In this document: in pieces, positions 1-6,341 of the stretch
How the letters are laid out: each line of letters begins with the position of its first letter
How positions within the stretch are numbered: the first letter of the stretch is position 1
Source of the DNA: a virus
Lineage: Duplodnaviria; Caudoviricetes
IMG/VR virus record: IMGVR_UViG_3300012943_000053
Coordinates: 1-29,678 of that record
Strand: one strand, 5' to 3'
DNA length: 29,678 bases
Notes under the pieces: generated by a model
Seen by the model: the letters and a program-made list of their open reading frames with translations, nothing else
Database searches by the model: none
What the model was told of the DNA's origin: nothing
Made by a program: the position numbers and the translations under genes

Positions 1-328
1 CCCACAGATCGAGGTTGTCGAGCGCCTCACCCCGGTGGGTGGCCCGGTAGAAGCGCCGGACCTCCCAGACCCTCCCGTCGAACAGGCCGACGTTCTCGGC
101 CAGGCGAGCCTCGATCGCGATCCAGCCGCCCGCGAGCAGGGGTCCGCAGCCCCGGATAAGGTTCCGCTGGGGTCCGTTGGGAAGGTCGACATACTCCTCG
201 GCCTCCGGCGGGACGTCGAGCAGCATCCCTCCGAACCCGAAGTCCACTACGACGGGCTCGGAGAAGGGTCGCATCGGCCTCATGCGAGGCTCGATGGCGT
301 CCCGGCGGGTGTCACAGGCTGCGCACAT
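1..328 (-). CDS. Hypothetical protein, partial (runs off the left edge), MCAACDTRRDAIEP...
   Basis: Translated by hand: ATG at 328 after a strong SD (AAGGAGGAGG); the frame stays open to position 1. N-terminal CxxC. Absent from the ORF track because it has no stop in the window. Confidence 0.75.
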   Translation of the reverse strand, partial: MCAACDTRRDAIEPRMRPMRPFSEPVVVDFGFGGMLLDVPPEAEEYVDLPNGPQRNLIRGCGPLLAGGWIAIEARLAENVGLFDGRVWEVRRFYRATHRGEALDNLDLW

Positions 329-373
329 GGCGCCTCCTCCTTCATTCGCCCTCGGTCTGGTGCCGAAGGTCAG

Positions 374-419
374 AGCGACGTCCGTCCCGTCCCCCAACCC
401 CGGGACGGACGTCACGCTC
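374..419 (-). terminator. Strong GC hairpin (possible terminator or processing site) after the 418-657 gene
   Basis: Perfect 13-bp stem GACGTCCGTCCCG/CGGGACGGACGTC, extended by GAGC/GCTC. No U-tract, so its function is uncertain. Confidence 0.45.
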
Positions 420-657
420 ACCTCCGGCTCCGCAGCACCTCGACGATCGCCCCCGTGTCCATCGCCGCCTGCTCGATGCCGCGAACCACCAGCCCCATCG
501 GGTGCGCGATCCCGGCGTGGAAGTCGCTCCATGCCGGACCGCCGACCTCCATCAGCCCCCAGCACCCCGGCTGGCGCGCCGAGGTGAAGTGGGCGAGTGC
601 CTCGGCGCTGTCGGGGTCGTCGTACATCGCCCCGCACCCGTCGCACTCCCAGGGCAC
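418..657 (-). CDS. Hypothetical protein, possible Zn-binding (CxxC...H...C), 79 aa
   Basis: GTG start overlaps the upstream TAG by 1 bp; begins MPWECDGCG. Confidence 0.7.
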   Translation of the reverse strand: MPWECDGCGAMYDDPDSAEALAHFTSARQPGCWGLMEVGGPAWSDFHAGIAHPMGLVVRGIEQAAMDTGAIVEVLRSRR

Positions 658-992
658 TACAGCACCCCCTCGGTATGGAAGCGCCCGGCGGCCTCGTAGG
701 CGGCGGCGTAGGAGCCGAACTGCCGGGTCACGTACAGCCCTGAGCGCAGCCGGTCGGCCTGGTAGCGGGCGAGGGGAGCCGCGTCGGCGCGCCCGGCCCG
801 TCCGCAGACCACGACCAGGGTCAGCGGCCCGTACCCCTCGCCCTCGGTGTCGCCGACCACGACCGCGTGGTCGTACAGGTAGGGCTGCACCCGGGCTTTG
901 GGCGCGGCGACGAGCAGCCAGGCGATGTCGGGGTCACGGCCCTCCGGCAGGTGCTCGGTGAGGTCGTTTCCGACCTCGGTGTCGTGCGTCAT
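657..992 (-). CDS. Hypothetical phage protein, 111 aa (MTHDTEVG...YQADRLRSG)
   Basis: ATG at 992 after SD GAAGGA. The longer ORF-track extension to 1349 overlaps other genes. Confidence 0.8.
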   Translation of the reverse strand: MTHDTEVGNDLTEHLPEGRDPDIAWLLVAAPKARVQPYLYDHAVVVGDTEGEGYGPLTLVVVCGRAGRADAAPLARYQADRLRSGLYVTRQFGSYAAAYEAAGRFHTEGVL

Positions 993-1096
993 GGGAAATC
1001 GTCCTTCCGGCGGATCGTCGGTGGGCACCGTGCCCACCGGGAGGTCTGAGCCCTCCGACCCGCCCCCGGCACTCAGCCGGAGGCGAGACGCAGCCC

Positions 1097-1288
1097 TCAG
1101 AGCCGCTTGCATCCCGGACACCACTCGTGAGACTGGCTCGCCCACGCATACGCCTCGTACTGGGACTCCGGCGCGATGGCGTGGCTGTGGGTCTCGCAGA
1201 CGAGCGCCCAGGTGTCCCCGGTCCGCCAGATCGCGATGACCGAGCCGCTGACCTTGGCGACGTGGCGGCGGAGCAGGCGGTCGCTCAC
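1097..1288 (-). CDS. Small Zn-finger-like protein, 63 aa (VCETH...WCPGC)
   Basis: GTGA overlap with the upstream gene; C-x2-H and C-x2-C ligand pairs. Confidence 0.75.
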   Translation of the reverse strand: MSDRLLRRHVAKVSGSVIAIWRTGDTWALVCETHSHAIAPESQYEAYAWASQSHEWCPGCKRL

Positions 1289-1476
1289 TCGACGGGCTGG
1301 CGCGCCACGCAGACCGTGACCTCGTCGGCGGGGAGGTTCGCGTAGACACGCATCTTGTGCAGCGGGTCGACCCAGTGGCCGCCGACGTAGGGGCGGTTCT
1401 GATGGCCCCGGTAGAGGGTGACGTCGCTGCTGACCCCGAAGTCGGGGTGCAGGGCGATCGTGGTCGGTTCGTTCAT
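1285..1476 (-). CDS. Hypothetical protein, 63 aa
   Basis: Preceded by AGGAGTCATCC-ATG. Confidence 0.8.
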   Translation of the reverse strand: MNEPTTIALHPDFGVSSDVTLYRGHQNRPYVGGHWVDPLHKMRVYANLPADEVTVCVARQPVE

Positions 1477-1492
1477 GGATGACTCCTTGGGT

Positions 1493-1792
1493 TCAGTCGT
1501 GGATGTTGCGGGCGAGCAGGGCTTGCTCGAACTGTTCGACCTCGTTGTCGGTGTTGTCCTCGCTCGCGATGTCGAGAAGGTTCGTCGTGAGGCTGTCGTA
1601 GCGTCCCCACGCGACCATGTACGCCGCTTGGGCGCTGACGGCGACGTGCTTCGTCAACGTCTGGCCCGCTGCGCCGGTCACCCCCCGCAGCACGCGGATG
1701 GCTTCGGCGAAGTCCCAGCCCTCGGGGCGGTAGTCCCGCTGGGAGTAGTCGTCGTAGTAGGGCTCGTGCGGTGGGCGGATCGGATCGGTCAT
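1493..1792 (-). CDS. Hypothetical protein, 99 aa (MTDPIRP...); possible leaderless 114-aa isoform from 1837
   Basis: AGGAGTCATCC-ATG at 1792; in-frame ATG at 1837 sits at the predicted +1 of the promoter. Confidence 0.8.
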   Translation of the reverse strand: MTDPIRPPHEPYYDDYSQRDYRPEGWDFAEAIRVLRGVTGAAGQTLTKHVAVSAQAAYMVAWGRYDSLTTNLLDIASEDNTDNEVEQFEQALLARNIHD

Positions 1793-1832
1793 GGATGACT
1801 CCTCGGATTGGGGGCGGGACTCGGACTGGCCG

Positions 1833-1873
1833 CGCATAAGTCAAGTCTATACACTGCGTCCGGGGAAGCGCAA
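1833..1873 (-). promoter_or_regulatory. Leftward sigA-type promoter P2
   Basis: -35 TTGCGC (1873-1868), 18-bp spacer, -10 TAGACT (1849-1844). Shares a 23-bp block (21/23 identical) with the promoter at 5222-5261. Confidence 0.75.
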
Positions 1874-1960
1874 CTGGCCTCGCGGTATACAAAGTGCTGG
1901 ACGAGCGGGCTGGCGGGCCGAGAACGACACGCCAGCCCCAGACTCGTTTTGTGGGATGTC

Positions 1961-2263
1961 TCAGCCCCCTTTCTGGGCCGTGCGCAGGGTGTCGGCGTCG
2001 TAGACCACGCAGGCGACGCAGAGGTGGATCGTCTCCTTCATCCGGTCGTCGGTGGCGACGACGTGGTCGACCAGAGCGGGCAGCAGGTCGATCGGCGCGG
2101 TCCACCACCCGTGCAGGCCGTTGACCCGGTGATGGTTGCGGACGTGCTGGCAGATGGACAGGTGGACGACCGGCTTCCCGTCGCTGTGCGGGCCTGGCGA
2201 GGTGTTGACCCACAGCCTCGATGACTTGGCGACGTGCCTCTCGTGAATCCGCCAGTCGGCCAT
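1961..2263 (-). CDS. Hypothetical His/Cys-rich protein, 100 aa (MADWRIHERHVAKSS...)
   Basis: ATG 2 bp after the upstream stop; H-x3-C and CVAC motifs. Confidence 0.75.
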   Translation of the reverse strand: MADWRIHERHVAKSSRLWVNTSPGPHSDGKPVVHLSICQHVRNHHRVNGLHGWWTAPIDLLPALVDHVVATDDRMKETIHLCVACVVYDADTLRTAQKGG

Positions 2264-2265
2264 CG

Positions 2266-2505
2266 TCACCACCCCTCCTCGTCGTACATCGGGTCGATCG
2301 GGTCGATGTCGGGGTCGTCCCAGCGGGCCTGGACGCGGGCCTTGATGGCCTCGTCGCTGCCGTAGAGGCCGCCAAAGCAGTCCCCTCGTTCGTGCCCGCA
2401 GCAGGGCCAGTCCTCGCAGGCGCCGTTGGACGAGGAGACCACCTCGGCGAGGTGCAGCCGAGGGCTGTCCGACGGGTCGTCGGGTAGGGCGGATCGGTGG
2501 GTCAT
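2266..2505 (-). CDS. Hypothetical acidic protein with CEDWPCCGH motif, 79 aa
   Basis: AGGAGTCACC-ATG start; Cys cluster of a kind seen in small phage proteins. Confidence 0.8.
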   Translation of the reverse strand: MTHRSALPDDPSDSPRLHLAEVVSSSNGACEDWPCCGHERGDCFGGLYGSDEAIKARVQARWDDPDIDPIDPMYDEEGW

Positions 2506-2607
2506 GGTGACTCCTGGGTGGTAGGTGTGGTGGGCTGGACCTCGGAACAGAGGTGCCCCCGCACGGCTCCTGCGCCTTGGCAGGAGCCGCACGGCGTGGC
2601 CTCTGGG

Positions 2608-2976
2608 CTAGTCGGTGCACGCGCAGGCTCCGGTTCGGGTGCGGACCTGGAAGCAGGTCAGGCAGAGGTCGAGAGGTGGTCTCGGACGCGCCTTCTCCAC
2701 CCGGTAGCCCGCCTTGCAGGCGTCGTGGACGTAGCGGCGGGACGGCTCCTGGTTGGCGAACATGTAGTCCCCGCACCAGGCGCAGTGGGTGTAGAGGAAC
2801 TCCCCGTACAAGCGAGCCCAGGCGAGGTTCTCGCCCCTGGTGTGGCCGCCCATGTCCGGGTCGTCCCAGTCCGCCTGATGCAGGCACGACGCGCAGAGGA
2901 ACCCGGGGACCTGGCTCTCGTACCAGGCTCCCCGGCTCTCCCCGCAGCCCGCGCAGTGCGGGTAGGACGTCGCCAT
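2608..2976 (-). CDS. Multi-Zn-finger protein, 122 aa
   Basis: CAGC/CASC, CAWC/HDAC and CLTC/CAC give three potential metal sites; ATG 4 bp after the upstream stop. Confidence 0.75.
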   Translation of the reverse strand: MATSYPHCAGCGESRGAWYESQVPGFLCASCLHQADWDDPDMGGHTRGENLAWARLYGEFLYTHCAWCGDYMFANQEPSRRYVHDACKAGYRVEKARPRPPLDLCLTCFQVRTRTGACACTD

Positions 2977-2980
2977 CGGC

Positions 2981-3388
2981 CTAGGTCGTCTCACAAGGGA
3001 AGTCGTCCACGCGGACGTCCTCGCCGCCCGCGACGTTGTAGAGGATCGCCCCGTACGGGTCGGCGTCCGGGCGTACCTCGTCGGAGTACTGCCCGGCGAT
3101 CGCGACCAGGCGCCCGGCGGACCGCCCGTCCACGCTCACCGTCCCCCCGGCAGGCCCGACCACGGTCAGGAACGCGGGCTGGTCGCGCTCGACCATGCAG
3201 TAGGGGGCGCTGTCGAAGGAGCGCCCCAGCCCGTTGCCCTGGGTCTGGGCGTCCCAGTGGCACGGGCCGGGGTCGTCCTCGGTGGCGCAGGCGCGGACGG
3301 GTGCCTCAGGCCGGGGCAGCAGGTTGCCGCCCACGGCTCCCGCCGCCAGGCTGGCGGCGACCAGCCCGGCGACGACGAGGCGCCTCAT
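2981..3388 (-). CDS. Secreted or membrane-anchored protein, 135 aa, with C-x-TED...C-x-WDA...GNG-x-G-x-SF motif
   Basis: ATGA overlap; N-terminal MRR plus hydrophobic stretch (signal/TM); the motif is familiar from actinophage membrane proteins. Confidence 0.8.
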   Translation of the reverse strand: MRRLVVAGLVAASLAAGAVGGNLLPRPEAPVRACATEDDPGPCHWDAQTQGNGLGRSFDSAPYCMVERDQPAFLTVVGPAGGTVSVDGRSAGRLVAIAGQYSDEVRPDADPYGAILYNVAGGEDVRVDDFPCETT

Positions 3389-3612
3389 GCCGGGACCTTC
3401 CGCCCCGTGGCGGGGTGGCGGAACCACATCCGGCTCGGGTCCATGTCGCTCCCGCGCCGCCCGGTGTCGAGGTCGAACATCTCGTACCAGGTCGTGCCGT
3501 GGCTGCGGAAGGCGACCTCCCCGACCCGGCGGGGTCGCATGTCGTAGTCCCAGACGAGCAGGCCGGGAACGACCTCGGTCCCGTCCAGGGTGTGCGTGGT
3601 GCTGATCCTCAT
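3385..3612 (-). CDS. Hypothetical protein, 75 aa (MRISTTHTLDG...)
   Basis: AGGAGTCATCCC-ATG start. Confidence 0.8.
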   Translation of the reverse strand: MRISTTHTLDGTEVVPGLLVWDYDMRPRRVGEVAFRSHGTTWYEMFDLDTGRRGSDMDPSRMWFRHPATGRKVPA

Positions 3613-3701
3613 GGGATGACTCCTGATGCTGCTTGGGAGGGCGCTGGTGCGCCCTGGCGTCCCGTGAGGCTGGCGCTCCTTGTCGCCAGCCAGGCGGATC
3701 G

Positions 3702-3977
3702 TCAGGACGGGTAGAGCCCGAGGGCCCAGGTCGTGACCGGCTCCACGAACACCGCCTTGGAGGTGTCTGGACCCAGGCCGAGGGCCCATTCCCACGGGCC
3801 CTCCTCCCAGACGACGGCCCATCGGGTGACGGACAGGAACCCGAAGTCCCGGCAGAGGACCGGACCACCGGGCCAGGTCATGCCCTGCTCCACGACCTCG
3901 GGGTGAGGGGTCTCGCCCAGGCTGGCGCAGACCTTGCGGTACGCGGCGACGGCCTGCGCCTTGGTGAGGTTCCTCAT
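3702..3977 (-). CDS. Hypothetical Trp-rich protein, 91 aa (MRNLTKAQ...WEEGPWEW...)
   Basis: ATGA overlap with the upstream gene; GC3-rich codons. Confidence 0.8.
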   Translation of the reverse strand: MRNLTKAQAVAAYRKVCASLGETPHPEVVEQGMTWPGGPVLCRDFGFLSVTRWAVVWEEGPWEWALGLGPDTSKAVFVEPVTTWALGLYPS

Positions 3978-4198
3978 CCGAGCAACCCCCCCAGGCCGAT
4001 CAGGCCCGCGAGCAGCATGGCCACGAGCACCGGGAGGATGACGAGGACGGTGAAGACCGCGACCAGCGTGGTCCCCACCACCGACCGCTGGCGGGGAGGC
4101 GGCGTCGCCACGTACCAGACGATGTCGTGCCCCGCCACGTCGGCGCAGGCGATCGCCCAGCACTGGCACCAGGGGCACCAGCGCCCGCCCGCCCTCAC
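3974..4198 (-). CDS. Small membrane protein with N-terminal CPWCQC...C..H, 74 aa
   Basis: GTGA overlap; long C-terminal hydrophobic segment. Confidence 0.7.
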   Translation of the reverse strand: MRAGGRWCPWCQCWAIACADVAGHDIVWYVATPPPRQRSVVGTTLVAVFTVLVILPVLVAMLLAGLIGLGGLLG

Positions 4199-4281
4199 GA
4201 CTGGCTCCCGAGTTGCCAGCCCACCTGGAAGGCGAGCACCAGCGGCACCAGCGACCACATCAGCAGACAGAGGTTCTTCAT
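4195..4281 (-). CDS. 28-aa single-TM peptide MKNLCLLMWSLVPLVLAFQVGWQLGSQS
   Basis: Translated by hand. Fills the gap between its neighbours exactly: ATG 1 bp after the upstream stop, GTGA overlap downstream, GGAG upstream. Confidence 0.65.
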   Translation of the reverse strand: MKNLCLLMWSLVPLVLAFQVGWQLGSQS

Positions 4282-4282
4282 C

Positions 4283-4516
4283 TCACTCCACCTCCAGGTC
4301 GGAGAACTGCAGGAGGAGCAGCAGCACGAGCCGGACATCCTCGTTGGTGAGGAAGGTGATCGCCGTCGCCTCCTCGTCGTCCACGTACGCGATCAGGAGG
4401 CCCGTCACGGCCTCCCACAGGTCGGTGTCGGGGGGCAGGTCGGACGCGCGCGCGCCATCGGCGTGAGCCCTGAGGCAGGCGCTGAAGATCGCTCCCGCGC
4501 GGCTGGTGGTGGGCAT
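4283..4516 (-). CDS. Hypothetical protein, 77 aa (MPTTSRAG...)
   Basis: CCCAGGAGTCATC-ATG start. Confidence 0.8.
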   Translation of the reverse strand: MPTTSRAGAIFSACLRAHADGARASDLPPDTDLWEAVTGLLIAYVDDEEATAITFLTNEDVRLVLLLLLQFSDLEVE

Positions 4517-4602
4517 GATGACTCCTGGGTGGTTGTCGGTCCCGAGATCTCGTGATCCGGCGGAACGGCCCGGGACTCGCGCCCCGGGCCGAACCGTCAG
4601 CA

Positions 4603-5160
4603 TCACGCGACGTCGGCGCCCTCAACGGCGACGGTTGCCGCGTACTCCCGCTGGGTCAAGTAGCGGTGTCCCCGCTCCACCGGCGTCGCATCCTTCCGGT
4701 CCCGCCGGGTCGCGTCGCCGTCACCCTCGCGACCCTTGCAGTACGTCGCGCCCACTTTGTCGATCCGGTCGGGGATGTGCTTCCCGCCCAGCCGCTCGAT
4801 GCACGCGTCATGCCCGCAGTACCGGGCGACGGTATCGGTCCCGACGCGCGAGACGACGACCAAGTCCCGCGGGCCCAGCGTGTCGAACGTGCGTCCCTTG
4901 CGCTCGAATGCCAAGTGGGCGAGCACGTAGTCCCCAGTCTCGGTGGGCCGCGCGTACCGGGTCGCGAGTACCGACCGCACCCCCGTGACGTCGACCCCGT
5001 CACCCTCGGCGAACTCAGCGACGTCGCCCTCCAGCACGTCCACCGCCCGCCCGTAGTACGCGAACGACACCCCACCGGGAAGCGCGCCGACACTGCACAC
5101 GTACGCGTCCACTCCCTCATCAGCAATGAGGGTGCCGCGCACGAACGTGAGATCCAACAT
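4603..5160 (-). CDS. Hypothetical protein, 185 aa (MLDLTFVRG...), first gene of the leftward unit; possible leaderless 207-aa isoform from 5226
   Basis: GAAGGAGTCATC-ATG at 5160; in-frame ATG at 5226 at the predicted +1. Confidence 0.8.
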   Translation of the reverse strand: MLDLTFVRGTLIADEGVDAYVCSVGALPGGVSFAYYGRAVDVLEGDVAEFAEGDGVDVTGVRSVLATRYARPTETGDYVLAHLAFERKGRTFDTLGPRDLVVVSRVGTDTVARYCGHDACIERLGGKHIPDRIDKVGATYCKGREGDGDATRRDRKDATPVERGHRYLTQREYAATVAVEGADVA

Positions 5161-5221
5161 GATGACTCCTTCTGCGAGTATCCACAGCGCGGTCCGACTG
5201 GCCGCTGGTGACTGGGTGACT

Positions 5222-5261
5222 CGCATGAGTCGAGTCTATACACTTGAACCGTTTCATTCAA
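5222..5261 (-). promoter_or_regulatory. Leftward sigA-type promoter P1
   Basis: -35 TTGAAT (5261-5256), 17-bp spacer, -10 TAGACT (5238-5233). A CTTGAA-N8-TTCAAG inverted repeat (5243-5262) overlaps the -35. Confidence 0.8.
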
Positions 5262-5266
5262 GCACG

Positions 5267-5380
5267 GGTATGATCACGGTATGATAACGGTATTTAGATA
5301 GCCGGACTATGCAGATCATATAGCCGCGCTATCTACTTTGCATAGTCCGACTATCTAGTGGGGCTATATAGTTTGGCTAT
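5267..5380. repeat. AT-rich phased array: three 11-bp GGTAT repeats plus five (A/C)TAG-N5-CTAT palindromes; candidate origin, pac site or operator
   Basis: GGTATGATCAC/GGTATGATAAC/GGTATTTAGAT at 5267/5278/5289; boxes start at 5298, 5320, 5342, 5355, 5368; 19-bp inverted repeat 5295-5313/5339-5357 with one mismatch. Confidence 0.85.
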
Positions 5381-5567
5381 TCAATGGGGCGTCCAGATAG
5401 ATCGTCGAACTATGTAAACGGGGGGTGGGTGGCGAAAAGATGATCATGGTCGGGGGGTCGGCAGGGCGCGGAATTGCCCGGTTGCACCAGCCAGGTTTTT
5501 ACACCATTTACCCTAGTCACACCCACCTTCCCGCCTGATCCACCACGGTCTTCAACCGGACCTCCGC

Positions 5568-5597
5568 GTGCGCATCCTCGGTAACGCGTGTTATCAT
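5568..5597 (+). promoter_or_regulatory. Rightward extended -10 promoter
   Basis: TG-t-TATCAT at 5589-5597; weak -35 GTGCGC 18 bp upstream; ATG at 5603, near the expected +1. Confidence 0.55.
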
Positions 5598-5602
5598 TTG
5601 TT

Positions 5603-5632
5603 ATGACGCTCACACTCAGACCCAAGCCATGA
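5603..5632 (+). CDS. Putative leaderless uORF MTLTLRPKP
   Basis: ATG near the predicted TSS; its TGA overlaps the next ATG (ATGA). Confidence 0.35.
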   Translation: MTLTLRPKP

Positions 5633-5790
5633 CCTCACGCATCATCGGGGCGCTTCTTTTTGGCGTACTTGGTGGGTGGATGCTCGTCGTGGGATACCGC
5701 GAACCGCGTGGACCGGCGACAAAAACGCTCGCATACCTCGCCGGATGGCTCTTTTTGGCACTCGCGTGGGGAGCCGTTTCGAGTGAGTAA
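5629..5790 (+). CDS. 53-aa two-TM membrane protein MTSRIIGALLFGVLGGWMLVVGYREPRGPATKTLAYLAGWLFLALAWGAVSSE
   Basis: Translated by hand: two clean hydrophobic helices separated by a polar loop. No SD; atypical AT-ending codons. Confidence 0.55.
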   Translation: MTSRIIGALLFGVLGGWMLVVGYREPRGPATKTLAYLAGWLFLALAWGAVSSE

Positions 5791-5969
5791 GACACGCAGC
5801 GAGCGCGGGGGTGGAGTGTGACGCCGTGAGGGCTTTCGAGCCAAGAGGATGCTGAGAGACGTGCCCCGCCGGGACCGCACGGCTCTCAGGATTAGCCGAA
5901 AAGACGGGCTGAGACCCGCAGAACCTGAGAGGACGTACACATCGTGAGACGAACCCCGAAAGGACGCTC

Positions 5970-6341
5970 ATGGACGCGCTGTTGATCCCCGTCGACCCCT
6001 CGGAGCCGATCACCCGCATCACCCTCGATCGCGGGGACTGGCAGGGGATGGTCGCCGCGATCGGGGGCGAGTGCCGCTACATCGAGCGGGTCCGCACGAG
6101 GCTGACGCAGCCACACCTGGGCAACTTGGTGCTCGCCGTGGACGAGATGGGTCTGTACCACGCCTGGGCGCGCAACGACCGCGCCTCGATGCTCTACGCG
6201 CCGGGTGCGCAGCCGGGCATCCACGGCCCCGCGCTCGTGCTGCGCGAGACGATGGACTACATCGAGGGAGCCGACTTCACCACCGTGCTCGCGGTCGACC
6301 TCGACACCGTGCAGGGCTACCTGACCCTGGTGAGTCGGTGA
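5970..6341 (+). CDS. DUF3846-like protein, 123 aa
   Basis: SD GAAAGGA; the pattern IGG...IE.V...VDE.G...N.RAS.L...I.G resembles DUF3846. Confidence 0.65.
   Translation: MDALLIPVDPSEPITRITLDRGDWQGMVAAIGGECRYIERVRTRLTQPHLGNLVLAVDEMGLYHAWARNDRASMLYAPGAQPGIHGPALVLRETMDYIEGADFTTVLAVDLDTVQGYLTLVSR

Larger units (their letters stand above)
1478..5170 (-). repeat. Six copies of the start-associated sequence AGGAGTCAYC (1478-1487, 1794-1803, 2506-2515, 3615-3624, 4517-4526, 5161-5170)
   Basis: Each copy lies 0-2 nt before an ATG on the minus strand. Confidence 0.9.

Noticed and set aside
35-5211. Plus-strand ORFs across the left arm (e.g. 35-961, 2497-3714, 3633-4466)
   Set aside because: Arg/Pro/Gly-rich shadow frames. 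The minus-strand genes tile the region with SD sites and 1-4 bp overlaps.
5267-5380. Mini-CRISPR interpretation of the repeat array
   Set aside because: Units are 11-13 bp with 0-9 bp gaps, there are no 25-40 bp unique spacers, and no cas genes are present.
5420-5466. G-run cluster as a G-quadruplex element
   Set aside because: Irregular long loops, and G-runs are expected at this GC content; no further support.
5655-5759. Direct repeat TCTTTTTGGC (5655 and 5750) as an operator pair
   Set aside because: Both copies fall in the Leu/Phe codons of the two TM helices of the 53-aa ORF, which is enough to explain them.
5920-5965. Possible hammerhead ribozyme (CTGAGAG...GAAA)
   Set aside because: The core is not CUGANGA and I could not build stems I-III; an Infernal search would settle it.
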